Shown: positions 28,501-44,300, counted from the first letter of the stretch. The stretch is DNA of 64,000 nt from Auanema rhodensis (GCA_964057225.1 OZ059900.1:25792001-25856000); one strand, 5' to 3'. Notes: generated by a model not told the origin, from the sequence alone. Made by a program: numbers and translations.

Positions 28501-31500
28501 GTATTTTTTTAGTGTTCAGCATGTAAAATGCGTCATTTTAGTATGTAAAACGCTGAAATTCGTTGCATTTGACGACTCATATGAACAAAAATCGATTTTA
28601 TCAATATTAGCCATAAGGGGCGTGCCCTCAGAATATGCTAATTTCCTTAATTTTCTAACCCCTGTTTTTTTGTCGTCAAAGTGGAACTAGACGTTGTACG
28701 AACAATTTTGAGCTAGGTTTCATTGACATTGCATGAGTTTGAACACATGAAATCGTAAGTCAAAACCTTGTTTACAGCGAAATTTCCAAAAACTGGTTTT
28801 CCAGCATAATAAAATATTTCTCAAGGGAAAAACTGTGTTTTTATATTTTTCTAGTGTTCAGCATGTGAAATGCTTAATTTTAGTATGTAACACGCTGAAA
28901 TTCGTTGCATTTGACGACTCATATGAACAAAAATCGATTTAATCAATATTAGCCATAAGGGGCGTGCCCTCAGAATATGCTAATTTCCTTAATTTTCTAA
29001 CCCCTGTTTTTTTGTCGTGAAAGTGGAACTAGACGTTGTACGAACAATTTTGAGCTAGGTTTCATTGACATTGCATGAGTTTGAACACATGAAATCGTAA
29101 GTCAAAACCTTGTTTACAGCGAAATTTCCAAAAACTGGTTTTCCAGCATAATAAAATATTTCTCATGGGAAATACTGTGTTTTTGTATTTTTCTAGTGTT
29201 CAGCATGTAAAATGCTTCATTTTACTATGTAACACGCTGAAATTCGTTGCATTTGACGACTCATATGAACAAAAATCGATTTAATCAATATTAGCCATAA
29301 GGGGCGTGCCCTCAGAATATGCTAATTTCCTTAATTTTCTAACCCCTGTTTTTTTGTCGTGAAAGTGGAACTAGACGTTGTACGAACAATTTTGAGCTAG
29401 GTTTCATTGACATTGCATCAGTTTGAACACATGAAATCGTAAGTCAAAACCTTGTTTACAGCGAAATTTCCAAAAACTGGTTTTCCAGCATAATAAAATA
29501 TTTCTCATGGGAAATACTGTGTTTTTGTATTTTTCTAGTGTTCAACATGTAAAATGCTTCATTTTAGTATGTAACACGCTGAAATTCGTTGCATTTGACG
29601 ACTCATATGAACAAAAATCGATTTAATCAATATTAGCCATAAGGGGCGTGCCCTCAGAATATGCTAATTTCCTTAATTTTCTAACCCCTGTTTTTTTGTC
29701 GTGAAAGTGGAACTAGACGTTGTACGAACAATTTTGAGCTAGGTTTCATTGACATTGCATGAGTTTGAACACATGAAATCGTAAGTCAAAACCTTGTTTA
29801 CAGCGAAATTTCCAAAAACTGGTTTTCCAGCATAATAAAATATTTCTCATGGGAAAAACTGTGTTTTTGTATTTTTCTAGTGTTCAGCATGTAAAATGCT
29901 TCATTTTAGTATGTAGCACACTGAAATTTGTTGCATTTGACGACTCATATGAACAAAAATTGATTTTATCAATATTAGCCATAAGGGGCGTGCCCTCAGA
30001 ATATGCTAATTTCCTTAATTTTCTAACCCCTGTTTTTTTGTCGTGAAAGTGGAACTAGACGTTGTACGAACAATTTTGAGCTAGGTTTCATTGACATTGC
30101 ATGAGTTTGAACACATGAAATCGTAAGTCAAAACCTTGTCTACAGCGAAATTTCCAAAAACTGGTTTTCCAGCATAATAAAATATTTCTCATGGGAAATA
30201 CAGTGTTTTTGTATTTTTTTAGTGTTCAGCATGTAAAATGCGTCATTTTAGTATGTAAAACGCTGAAATTCGTTGCATTTGACGACTCATATGAACAAAA
30301 ATCGATTTTATCAATATTAGCCATAAGGGGCGTGCCCTCAGAATATGCTAATTTCCTTAATTTTCTAACCCCTGTTTTTTTGTCGTGAAAGTGGAACTAG
30401 ACGTTGTACGAACAATTTTGAGCTAGGTTTCATTGACATTGCATGAGTTTGAACACATGAAATCGTAAGTCAAAACCTTGTTTACAGCGAAATTTCCAAA
30501 AACTGGTTTTCCAGCATAATAAAATATTTCTCAAGGGAAAAACTGTGTTTTTATATTTTTCTAGTGTTCAGCATGTGAAATGCTTAATTTTAGTATGTAA
30601 CACGCTGAAATTTGTTGCATTTGACGACTCATATGAACAAAAATCGATTTAATCAATATTAGCCATAAGGGGCGTGCCCTCAGAATATGCTAATTTCCTT
30701 AATTTTCTAACCCCTGTTTTTTTGTCGTGAAAGTGGAACTAGACGTTGTACGAACAATTTTGAGCTAGGTTTCATTGACATTGCATGAGTTTGAACACAT
30801 GAAATCGTAAGTCAAAACCTTGTTTACAGCGAAATTTCCAAAAACTGGTTTTCCAGCATAATAAAATATTTCTCATGGGAAATACTGTGTTTTTGTATTT
30901 TTCTAGTGTTCAGCATGTAAAATGCTTCATTTTAGTATGTAACACGCTGAAATTCGTTGCATTTGACGACTCATATGAACAAAAATCGATTTAATCAATA
31001 TTAGCCATAAGGGGCGTGCCCTCAGAATATGCTAATTTCCTTAATTTTCTAACCCCTGTTTTTTTGTCGTGAAAGTGGAACTAGACGTTGTACGAACAAT
31101 TTTGAGCTAGGTTTCATTGACATTGCATCAGTTTGAACACATGAAATCGTAAGTCAAAACCTTGTTTACAGCGAAATTTCCAAAAACTGGTTTTCCAGCA
31201 TAATAAAATATTTCTCATGGGAAATACTGTGTTTTTGTATTTTTCTAGTGTTCAACATGTAAAATGCTTCATTTTAGTATGTAACACGCTGAAATTCGTT
31301 GCATTTGACGACTCATATGAACAAAAATCGATTTAATCAATATTAGCCATAAGGGGCGTGCCCTCAGAATATGCTAATTTCCTTAATTTTCTAACCCCTG
31401 TTTTTTTGTCGTGAAAGTGGAACTAGACGTTGTACGAACAATTTTGAGCTAGGTTTCATTGACATTGCATGAGTTTGAACACATGAAATCGTAAGTCAAA

Positions 31501-34500
31501 ACCTTGTTTACAGCGAAATTTCCAAAAACTGGTTTTCCAGCATAATAAAATATTTCTCAAGGGAAAAACTGTGTTTTTATATTTTTCTAGTGTTCAGCAT
31601 GTGAAATGCTTAATTTTAGTATGTAACACGCTGAAATTTGTTGCATTTGACGACTCATATGAACAAAAATCGATTTAATCAATATTAGCCATAAGGGGCG
31701 TGCCCTCAGAATATGCTAATTTCCTTAATTTTCTAACCCCTGTTTTTTTGTCGTGAAAGTGGAACTAGACGTTGTACGAACAATTTTGAGCTAGGTTTCA
31801 TTGACATTGCATGAGTTTGAACACATGAAATCGTAAGTCAAAACCTTGTTTACAGCGAAATTTCCAAAAACTGGTTTTCCAGCATAATAAAATATTTCTC
31901 ATGGGAAATACTGTGTTTTTGTATTTTTCTAGTGTTCAGCATGTAAAATGCTTCATTTTAGTATGTAACACGCTGAAATTCGTTGCATTTGACGACTCAT
32001 ATGAACAAAAATCGATTTAATCAATATTAGCCATAAGGGGCGTGCCCTCAGAATATGCTAATTTCCTTAATTTTCTAACCCCTGTTTTTTTGTCGTGAAA
32101 GTGGAACTAGACGTTGTACGAACAATTTTGAGCTAGGTTTCATTGACATTGCATCAGTTTGAACACATGAAATCGTAAGTCAAAACCTTGTTTACAGCGA
32201 AATTTCCAAAAACTGGTTTTCCAGCATAATAAAATATTTCTCATGGGAAATACTGTGTTTTTGTATTTTTCTAGTGTTCAACATGTAAAATGCTTCATTT
32301 TAGTATGTAACACGCTGAAATTCGTTGCATTTGACGACTCATATGAACAAAAATCGATTTAATCAATATTAGCCATAAGGGGCGTGCCCTCAGAATATGC
32401 TAATTTCCTTAATTTTCTAACCCCTGTTTTTTTGTCGTGAAAGTGGAACTAGACGTTGTACGAACAATTTTGAGCTAGGTTTCATTGACATTGCATGAGT
32501 TTGAACACATGAAATCGTAAGTCAAAACCTTGTCTACAGCGAAATTTCCAAAAACTGGTTTTCCAGCATAATAAAATATTTCTCATGGGAAAAACTGTGT
32601 TTTTGTATTTTTTTAGTGTTCAGCATGTAAAATGCGTCATTTTAGTATGTAAAACGCTGAAATTCGTTGCATTTGACGACTCATATGAACAAAAATCGAT
32701 TTTATCAATATTAGCCATAAGGGGCGTGCCCTCAGAATATGCTAATTTCCTTAATTTTCTAACCCCTGTTTTTTTGTCGTGAAAGTGGAACTAGACGTTG
32801 TACGAACAATTTTAAGCTAGGTTTCATTGACATTGCATGAGTTTGAACACATGAAATCGTAAGTCAAAACCTTGTTTACAGCGAAATTTCCAAAAACTGG
32901 TTTTCCAGCATAATACAATATTTCTCAAGGGAAAAACTGTGTTTTTATATTTTTCTAGTGTTCAGCATGTGAAATGCTTAATTTTAGTATGTAACACGCT
33001 GAAATTTGTTGCATTTGACGACTCATATGAACAAAAATCGATTTAATCAATATTAGCCATAAGGGGCGTGCCCTCAGAATATGCTAATTTCCTTAATTTT
33101 CTAACCCCTGTTTTTTTGTCGTGAAAGTGGAACTAGACGTTGTACGAACAATTTTGAGCTAGGTTTCATTGACATTGCATCAGTTTGAACACATGAAATC
33201 GTAAGTCAAAACCTTGTTTACAGCGAAATTTCCAAAAACTGGTTTTCCAGCATAATAAAATATTTCTCATGGGAAATACTGTGTTTTTGTATTTTTCTAG
33301 TGTTCAACATGTAAAATGCTTCATTTTAGTATGTAACACGCTGAAATTCGTTGCATTTGACGACTCATATGAACAAAAATCGATTTTATCAATATTAGCC
33401 ATAAGGGGCGTGCCCTCAGAATATGCTAATTTCCTTAATTTTCTAACCCCTGTTTTTTTGTCGTGAAAGTGGAACTAGACGTTGTACGAACAATTTTAAG
33501 CTAGGTTTCATTGACATTGCATGAGTTTGAACACATGAAATCGTAAGTCAAAACCTTGTTTACAGCGAAATTTCCAAAAACTGGTTTTCCAGCATAATAC
33601 AATATTTCTCAAGGGAAAAACTGTGTTTTTATATTTTTCTAGTGTTCAGCATGTGAAATGCTTAATTTTAGTATGTAACACGCTGAAATTTGTTGCATTT
33701 GACGACTCATATGAACAAAAATCGATTTAATCAATATTAGCCATAAGGGGCGTGCCCTCAGAATATGCTAATTTCCTTAATTTTCTAACCCCTGTTTTTT
33801 TGTCGTGAAAGTGGAACTAGACGTTGTACGAACAATTTTGAGCTAGGTTTCATTGACATTGCATGAGTTTGAACACATGAAATCGTAAGTCAAAACCTTG
33901 TTTACAGCGAAATTTCCAAAAACTGGTTTTCCAGCATAATACAATATTTCTCATGGGAAATACTGTGTTTTTGTATTTTTCTAGTGTTCAGAATGTAGAA
34001 TGCTTCATTTTAGTACGTAACACGCTGAAATTCGTTGCATTTGACGACTCATATGAACAAAAATCGATTTAATCAATATTAGCCATAAGGGGCGTGCCCT
34101 CAGAATATGCTAATTTCCTTAATTTTCTAACCCCTGTTTTTTTGTCGTGAAAGTGGAACTAGACGTTGTACGAACAATTTTGAGCTAGGTTTCATTGACA
34201 TTGCATGAGTTTGAACACATGAAATCGTAAGTCAAAACCTTGTTTACAGCGAAATTTCCAAAAACTGGTTTTCCAGCATAATAAAATATTTCTCATGGGA
34301 AATACAGTGTTTTTGTATTTTTTTAGTGTTCAGCATGTAAAATGCGTCATTTTAGTATGTAAAACGCTGAAATTCGTTGCATTTGACGACTCATATGAAC
34401 AAAAATCGATTTTATCAATATTAGCCATAAGGGGCGTGCCCTCAGAATATGCTAATTTCCTTAATTTTCTAACCCCTGTTTTTTTGTCGTGAAAGTGGAA

Positions 34501-37500
34501 CTAGACGTTGTACGAACAATTTTGAGCTAGGTTTCATTGACATTGCATGAGTTTGAACACATGAAATCGTAAGTCAAAACCTTGTTTACAGCGAAATTTC
34601 CAAAAACTGGTTTTCCAGCATAATACAATATTTCTCATGGGAAATACTGTGTTTTTGTATTTTTCTAGTGTTCAGAATGTAGAATGCTTCATTTTAGTAC
34701 GTAACACGCTGAAATTCGTTGCATTTGACGACTCATATGAACAAAAATCGATTTAATCAATATTAGCCATAAGGGGCGTGCCCTCAGAATATGCTAATTT
34801 CCTTAATTTTCTAACCCCTGTTTTTTTGTCGTGAAAGTGGAACTAGACGTTGTACGAACAATTTTGAGCTAGGTTTCATTGACATTGCATGAGTTTGAAC
34901 ACATGAAATCGTAAGTCAAAACCTTGTTTACAGCGAAATTTCCAAAAACTGGTTTTCCAGCATAATAAAATATTTCTCATGGGAAATACAGTGTTTTTGT
35001 ATTTTTTTAGTGTTCAGCATGTAAAATGCGTCATTTTAGTATGTAAAACGCTGAAATTCGTTGCATTTGACGACTCATATGAACAAAAATCGATTTTATC
35101 AATATTAGCCATAAGGGGCGTGCCCTCAGAATATGCTAATTTCCTTAATTTTCTAACCCCTGTTTTTTTGTCGTGAAAGTGGAACTAGACGTTGTACGAA
35201 CAATTTTGAGCTAGGTTTCATTGACATTGCATGAGTTTGAACACATGAAATCGTAAGTCAAAACCTTGTTTACAGCGAAATTTCCAAAAACTGGTTTTCC
35301 AGCATAATACAATATTTCTCATGGGAAATACTGTGTTTTTGTATTTTTCTAGTGTTCAGAATGTAGAATGCTTCATTTTGATATGTAAAACGCTGAAATT
35401 CGTTGCATTTGACGACTCATATGAACAAAAATCGATTTTATCAATATTAGCCATAAGGGGCGTGCCCTCAGAATATGCTAATTTCCTTAATTTTCTAACC
35501 CCTGTTTTTTTGTCGTGAAAGTGGAACTAGACGTTGTACGAACAATTTTGAGCTAGGTTTCATTGACATTGCATGAGTTTGAACACATGAAATCGTAAGT
35601 CAAAACCTTGTTTACAGCGAAATTTCCAAAAACTGGTTTTCCAGCATAATAAAATATTTCTCATGGGAAATACAGTGTTTTTGTATTTTTTTAGTGTTCA
35701 GCATGTAAAATGCGTCATTTTAGTATGTAAAACGCTGAAATTCGTTGCATTTGACGACTCATATGAACAAAAATCGATTTTATCAATATTAGCCATAAGG
35801 GGCGTGCCCTCAGAATATGCTAATTTCCTTAATTTTCTAACCCCTGTTTTTTTGTCGTGAAAGTGGAACTAGACGTTGTACGAACAATTTTGAGCTAGGT
35901 TTCATTGACATTGCATGAGTTTGAACACATGAAATCGTAAGTCAAAACCTTGTTTACAGCGAAATTTCCAAAAACTGGTTTTCCAGCATAATACAATATT
36001 TCTCATGGGAAATACTGTGTTTTTGTATTTTTCTAGTGTTCAGAATGTAGAATGCTTCATTTTAGTACGTAACACGCTGAAATTCGTTGCATTTGACGAC
36101 TCATATGAACAAAAATCGATTTAATCAATATTAGCCATAAGGGGCGTGCCCTCAGAATATGCTAATTTCCTTAATTTTCTAACCCCTGTTTTTTTGTCGT
36201 GAAAGTGGAACTAGACGTTGTACGAACAATTTTGAGCTAGGTTTCATTGACATTGCATGAGTTTGAACACATGAAATCGTAAGTCAAAACCTTGTTTACA
36301 GCGAAATTTCCAAAAACTGGTTTTCCAGCATAATAAAATATTTCTCATGGGAAATACAGTGTTTTTGTATTTTTTTAGTGTTCAGCATGTAAAATGCGTC
36401 ATTTTAGTATGTAAAACGCTGAAATTCGTTGCATTTGACGACTCATATGAACAAAAATCGATTTAATCAATATTAGCCATAAGGGGCGTGCCCTCAGAAT
36501 ATGCTAATTTCCTTAATTTTCTAACCCCTGTTTTTTTGTCGTGAAAGTGGAACTAGACGTTGTACGAACAATTTTGAGCTAGGTTTCATTGACATTGCAT
36601 GAGTTTGAACACATGAAATCGTAAGTCAAAACCTTGTTTACAGCGAAATTTCCAAAAACTGGTTTTCCAGCATAATACAATATTTCTCAAGGGAAAAACT
36701 GTGTTTTTATATTTTTCTAGTGTTCAGCATGTGAAATGCTTAATTTTAGTATGTAACACGCTGAAATTTGTTGCATTTGACGACTCATATGAACAAAAAT
36801 CGATTTAATCAATATTAGCCATAAGGGGCGTGCCCTCAGAATATGCTAATTTCCTTAATTTTCTAACCCCTGTTTTTTTGTCGTGAAAGTGGAACTAGAC
36901 GTTGTACGAACAATTTTGAGCTAGGTTTCATTGACATTGCATGAGTTTGAACACATGAAATCGTAAGTCAAAACCTTGTTTACAGCGAAATTTCCAAAAA
37001 CTGGTTTTCCAGCATAATACAATATTTCTCATGGGAAATACTGTGTTTTTGTATTTTTCTAGTGTTCAGAATGTAGAATGCTTCATTTTAGTACGTAACA
37101 CGCTGAAATTCGTTGCATTTGACGACTCATATGAACAAAAATCGATTTAATCAATATTAGCCATAAGGGGCGTGCCCTCAGAATATGCTAATTTCCTTAA
37201 TTTTCTAACCCCTGTTTTTTTGTCGTGAAAGTGGAACTAGACGTTGTACGAACAATTTTGAGCTAGGTTTCATTGACATTGCATGAGTTTGAACACATGA
37301 AATCGTAAGTCAAAACCTTGTTTACAGCGAAATTTCCAAAAACTGGTTTTCCAGCATAATAAAATATTTCTCATGGGAAATACAGTGTTTTTGTATTTTT
37401 TTAGTGTTCAGCATGTAAAATGCGTCATTTTAGTATGTAAAACGCTGAAATTCGTTGCATTTGACGACTCATATGAACAAAAATCGATTTTATCAATATT

Positions 37501-40500
37501 AGCCATAAGGGGCGTGCCCTCAGAATATGCTAATTTCCTTAATTTTCTAACCCCTGTTTTTTTGTCGTGAAAGTGGAACTAGACGTTGTACGAACAATTT
37601 TGAGCTAGGTTTCATTGACATTGCATGAGTTTGAACACATGAAATCGTAAGTCAAAACCTTGTTTACAGCGAAATTTCCAAAAACTGGTTTTCCAGCATA
37701 ATACAATATTTCTCATGGGAAATACTGTGTTTTTGTATTTTTCTAGTGTTCAGAATGTAGAATGCTTCATTTTGATATGTAAAACGCTGAAATTCGTTGC
37801 ATTTGACGACTCATATGAACAAAAATCGATTTTATCAATATTAGCCATAAGGGGCGTGCCCTCAGAATATGCTAATTTCCTTAATTTTCTAACCCCTGTT
37901 TTTTTGTCGTGAAAGTGAAACTAGACGTTGTACGAACAATTTTGAGCTAGGTTTCATTGACATTGCATCAGTTTGAACACATGAAATCGTAAGTCAAAAC
38001 CTTGTTTACAGCGAAATTTCCAAAAACTGGTTTTCCAGCATAATACAATATTTCTCAAGGGAAAAACTGTGTTTTTATATTTTTCTAGTGTTCAGCATGT
38101 GAAATGCTTAATTTTAGTATGTAACACGCTGAATTTTGTTGCATTTGACGACTCATATGAACAAAAATCGATTTAATCAATATTAGCCATAAGGGGCGTG
38201 CCCTCAGAATATGCTAATTTCCTTAATTTTCTAACCCCTGTTTTTTTGTCGTGAAAGTGGAACTAGACGTTGTACGAACAATTTTAAGCTAGGTTTCATT
38301 GACATTGCATGAGTTTGAACACATGAAATCGTAAGTCAAAACCTTGTTTACAGCGAAATTTCCAAAAACTGGTTTTCCAGCATAATACAATATTTCTCAA
38401 GGGAAAAACTGTGTTTTTATATTTTTCTAGTGTTCAGCATGTGAAATGCTTAATTTTAGTATGTAACACGCTGAAATTTGTTGCATTTGACGACTCATAT
38501 GAACAAAAATCGATTTAATCAATATTAGCCATAAGGGGCGTGCCCTCAGAATATGCTAATTTCCTTAATTTTCTAACCCCTGTTTTTTTGTCGTGAAAGT
38601 GGAACTAGACGTTGTACGAACAATTTTGAGCTAGGTTTCATTGACATTGCATGAGTTTGAACACATGAAATCGTAAGTCAAAACCTTGTTTACAGCGAAA
38701 TTTCCAAAAACTGGTTTTCCAGCATAATACAATATTTCTCATGGGAAATACTGTGTTTTTGTATTTTTCTAGTGTTCAGAATGTAGAATGCTTCATTTTA
38801 GTACGTAACACGCTGAAATTCGTTGCATTTGACGACTCATATGAACAAAAATCGATTTAATCAATATTAGCCATAAGGGGCGTGCCCTCAGAATATGCTA
38901 ATTTCCTTAATTTTCTAACCCCTGTTTTTTTGTCGTGAAAGTGGAACTAGACGTTGTACGAACAATTTTGAGCTAGGTTTCATTGACATTGCATGAGTTT
39001 GAACACATGAAATCGTAAGTCAAAACCTTGTTTACAGCGAAATTTCCAAAAACTGGTTTTCCAGCATAATAAAATATTTCTCATGGGAAATACAGTGTTT
39101 TTGTATTTTTTTAGTGTTCAGCATGTAAAATGCGTCATTTTAGTATGTAAAACGCTGAAATTCGTTGCATTTGACGACTCATATGAACAAAAATCGATTT
39201 TATCAATATTAGCCATAAGGGGCGTGCCCTCAGAATATGCTAATTTCCTTAATTTTCTAACCCCTGTTTTTTTGTCGTGAAAGTGGAACTAGACGTTGTA
39301 CGAACAATTTTGAGCTAGGTTTCATTGACATTGCATGAGTTTGAACACATGAAATCGTAAGTCAAAACCTTGTTTACAGCGAAATTTCCAAAAACTGGTT
39401 TTCCAGCATAATACAATATTTCTCATGGGAAATACTGTGTTTTTGTATTTTTCTAGTGTTCAGAATGTAGAATGCTTCATTTTGATATGTAAAACGCTGA
39501 AATTCGTTGCATTTGACGACTCATATGAACAAAAATCGATTTTATCAATATTAGCCATAAGGGGCGTGCCCTCAGAATATGCTAATTTCCTTAATTTTCT
39601 AACCCCTGTTTTTTTGTCGTGAAAGTGAAACTAGACGTTGTACGAACAATTTTGAGCTAGGTTTCATTGACATTGCATGAGTTTGAACACATGAAATCGT
39701 AAGTCAAAACCTTGTTTACAGCGAAATTTCCAAAAACTGGTTTTCCAGCATAATAAAATATTTCTCATGGGAAATACAGTGTTTTTGTATTTTTTTAGTG
39801 TTCAGCATGTAAAATGCGTCATTTTAGTATGTAAAACGCTGAAATTCGTTGCATTTGACGACTCATATGAACAAAAATCGATTTTATCAATATTAGCCAT
39901 AAGGGGCGTGCCCTCAGAATATGCTAATTTCCTTAATTTTCTAACCCCTGTTTTTTTGTCGTGAAAGTGGAACTAGACGTTGTACGAACAATTTTGAGCT
40001 AGGTTTCATTGACATTGCATGAGTTTGAACACATGAAATCGTAAGTCAAAACCTTGTTTACAGCGAAATTTCCAAAAACTGGTTTTCCAGCATAATACAA
40101 TATTTCTCATGGGAAATACTGTGTTTTTGTATTTTTCTAGTGTTCAGAATGTAGAATGCTTCATTTTAGTACGTAACACGCTGAAATTCGTTGCATTTGA
40201 CGACTCATATGAACAAAAATCGATTTAATCAATATTAGCCATAAGGGGCGTGCCCTCAGAATATGCTAATTTCCTTAATTTTCTAACCCCTGTTTTTTTG
40301 TCGTGAAAGTGGAACTAGACGTTGTACGAACAATTTTGAGCTAGGTTTCATTGACATTGCATGAGTTTGAACACATGAAATCGTAAGTCAAAACCTTGTT
40401 TACAGCGAAATTTCCAAAAACTGGTTTTCCAGCATAATAAAATATTTCTCATGGGAAATACAGTGTTTTTGTATTTTTTTAGTGTTCAGCATGTAAAATG

Positions 40501-41383
40501 CGTCATTTTAGTATGTAAAACGCTGAAATTCGTTGCATTTGACGACTCATATGAACAAAAATCGATTTTATCAATATTAGCCATAAGGGGCGTGCCCTCA
40601 GAATATGCTAATTTCCTTAATTTTCTAACCCCTGTTTTTTTGTCGTGAAAGTGGAACTAGACGTTGTACGAACAATTTTGAGCTAGGTTTCATTGACATT
40701 GCATGAGTTTGAACACATGAAATCGTAAGTCAAAACCTTGTTTACAGCGAAATTTCCAAAAACTGGTTTTCCAGCATAATACAATATTTCTCATGGGAAA
40801 TACTGTGTTTTTGTATTTTTCTAGTGTTCAGAATGTAGAATGCTTCATTTTGATATGTAAAACGCTGAAATTCGTTGCATTTGACGACTCATATGAACAA
40901 AAATCGATTTTATCAATATTAGCCATAAGGGGCGTGCCCTCAGAATATGCTAATTTCCTTAATTTTCTAACCCCTGTTTTTTTGTCGTGAAAGTGAAACT
41001 AGACGTTGTACGAACAATTTTGAGCTAGGTTTCATTGACATTGCATCAGTTTGAACACATGAAATCGTAAGTCAAAACCTTGTTTACAGCGAAATTTCCA
41101 AAAACTGGTTTTCCAGCATAATACAATATTTCTCAAGGGAAAAACTGTGTTTTTATATTTTTCTAGTGTTCAGCATGTGAAATGCTTAATTTTAGTATGT
41201 AACACGCTGAATTTTGTTGCATTTGACGACTCATATGAACAAAAATCGATTTAATCAATATTAGCCATAAGGGGCGTGCCCTCAGAATATGCTAATTTCC
41301 TTAATTTTCTAACCCCTGTTTTTTTGTCGTGAAAGTGGAACTAGACGTTGTACGAACAATTTTGAGCTAGGTTTCATTGACAT
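7525..41383. repeat. Large higher-order tandem duplication: 48-monomer block (~7525-23940) followed by a 51-monomer copy (~23941-41383)
   Basis: Private variants recur 16,416 bp (48x342) apart: T8 run at 10196/26612, GTCAAA variant (69-aa ORFs at 12065/28481), TTACTATG near 12809/29225, GGAATTAG near 8850/25266. Monomer-type order is identical apart from 3 extra monomers. Confidence 0.9.
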
Positions 41384-44300
41384 TGCATCAGTTTGAACAC
41401 ATGAAATCGTAAGTCAAAACCTTGTTTACAGCGAAATTTCCAAAAACTGGTTTTCCAGCATAATAAAATATTTCTCATGGGAAATACTGTGTTTTTGTAT
41501 TTTTCTAGTGTTCAACATGTAAAATGCTTCATTTTAGTATGTAACACGCTGAAATTCGTTGCATTTGACGACTCATATGAACAAAACTCGATTTAATCAA
41601 TATTAGCCATAAGGGGCGTGCCCTCAGAATATGCTAATTTCCTTAATTTTCTAACCCCTGTTTTTTTGTCGTGAAAGTGGAACTAGACGTTGTACGAACA
41701 ATTTTGAGCTAGGTTTCATTGACATTGCATGAGTTTGAACACATGAAATCGTAAGTCAAAACCTTGTTTACAGCGAAATTTCCAAAAACTGGTTTTCCAG
41801 CATAATAAAATATTTCTCATGGGAAAAACTGTGTTTTTGTATTTTTCTAGTGTTCAGCATGTAAAATGCTTCATTTTAGTATGTAGCACACTGAAATTTG
41901 TTGCATTTGACGACTCATATGAACAAAAATTGATTTTATCAATATTAGCCATAAGGGGCGTGCCCTCAGAATATGCTAATTTCCTTAATTTTCTAACCCC
42001 TGTTTTTTTGTCGTGAAAGTGGAACTAGACGTTGTACGAACAATTTTGAGCTAGGTTTCATTGACATTGCATGAGTTTGAACACATGAAATCGTAAGTCA
42101 AAACCTTGTCTACAGCGAAATTTCCAAAAACTGGTTTTCCAGCATAATAAAATATTTCTCATGGGAAATACAGTGTTTTTGTATTTTTTTAGTGTTCAGC
42201 ATGTAAAATGCGTCATTTTAGTATGTAAAACGCTGAAATTCGTTGCATTTGACGACTCATATGAACAAAAATCGATTTTATCAATATTAGCCATAAGGGG
42301 CGTGCCCTCAGAATATGCTAATTTCCTTAATTTTCTAACCCCTGTTTTTTTGTCGTGAAAGTGGAACTAGACGTTGTACGAACAATTTTAAGCTAGGTTT
42401 CATTGACATTGCATGAGTTTGAACACATGAAATCGTAAGTCAAAACCTTGTTTACAGCGAAATTTCCAAAAACTGGTTTTCCAGCATAATACAATATTTC
42501 TCAAGGGAAAAACTGTGTTTTTATATTTTTCTAGTGTTCAGCATGTGAAATGCTTAATTTTAGTATGTAACACGCTGAAATTTGTTGCATTTGACGACTC
42601 ATATGAACAAAAATCGATTTAATCAATATTAGCCATAAGGGGCGTGCCCTCAGAATATGCTAATTTCCTTAATTTTCTAACCCCTGTTTTTTTGTCGTGA
42701 AAGTGGAACTAGACGTTGTACGAACAATTTTGAGCTAGGTTTCATTGACATTGCATCAGTTTGAACACATGAAATCGTAAGTCAAAACCTTGTTTACAGC
42801 GAAATTTCCAAAAACTGGTTTTCCAGCATAATAAAATATTTCTCATGGGAAATACTGTGTTTTTGTATTTTTCTAGTGTTCAACATGTAAAATGCTTCAT
42901 TTTAGTATGTAACACGCTGAAATTCGTTGCATTTGACGACTCATATGAACAAAAATCGATTTTATCAATATTAGCCATAAGGGGCGTGCCCTCAGAATAT
43001 GCTAATTTCCTTAATTTTCTAACCCCTGTTTTTTTGTCGTGAAAGTGGAACTAGACGTTGTACGAACAATTTTAAGCTAGGTTTCATTGACATTGCATGA
43101 GTTTGAACACATGAAATCGTAAGTCAAAACCTTGTTTACAGCGAAATTTCCAAAAACTGGTTTTCCAGCATAATACAATATTTCTCAAGGGAAAAACTGT
43201 GTTTTTATATTTTTCTAGTGTTCAGCATGTGAAATGCTTAATTTTAGTATGTAACACGCTGAAATTTGTTGCATTTGACGACTCATATGAACAAAAATCG
43301 ATTTAATCAATATTAGCCATAAGGGGCGTGCCCTCAGAATATGCTAATTTCCTTAATTTTCTAACCCCTGTTTTTTTGTCGTGAAAGTGGAACTAGACGT
43401 TGTACGAACAATTTTGAGCTAGGTTTCATTGACATTGCATGAGTTTGAACACATGAAATCGTAAGTCAAAACCTTGTTTACAGCGAAATTTCCAAAAACT
43501 GGTTTTCCAGCATAATACAATATTTCTCATGGGAAATACTGTGTTTTTGTATTTTTCTAGTGTTCAGAATGTAGAATGCTTCATTTTAGTACGTAACACG
43601 CTGAAATTCGTTGCATTTGACGACTCATATGAACAAAAATCGATTTAATCAATATTAGCCATAAGGGGCGTGCCCTCAGAATATGCTAATTTCCTTAATT
43701 TTCTAACCCCTGTTTTTTTGTCGTGAAAGTGGAACTAGACGTTGTACGAACAATTTTGAGCTAGGTTTCATTGACATTGCATGAGTTTGAACACATGAAA
43801 TCGTAAGTCAAAACCTTGTTTACAGCGAAATTTCCAAAAACTGGTTTTCCAGCATAATAAAATATTTCTCATGGGAAATACAGTGTTTTTGTATTTTTTT
43901 AGTGTTCAGCATGTAAAATGCGTCATTTTAGTATGTAAAACGCTGAAATTCGTTGCATTTGACGACTCATATGAACAAAAATCGATTTTATCAATATTAG
44001 CCATAAGGGGCGTGCCCTCAGAATATGCTAATTTCCTTAATTTTCTAACCCCTGTTTTTTTGTCGTGAAAGTGGAACTAGACGTTGTACGAACAATTTTG
44101 AGCTAGGTTTCATTGACATTGCATGAGTTTGAACACATGAAATCGTAAGTCAAAACCTTGTTTACAGCGAAATTTCCAAAAACTGGTTTTCCAGCATAAT
44201 ACAATATTTCTCATGGGAAATACTGTGTTTTTGTATTTTTCTAGTGTTCAGAATGTAGAATGCTTCATTTTGATATGTAAAACGCTGAAATTCGTTGCAT

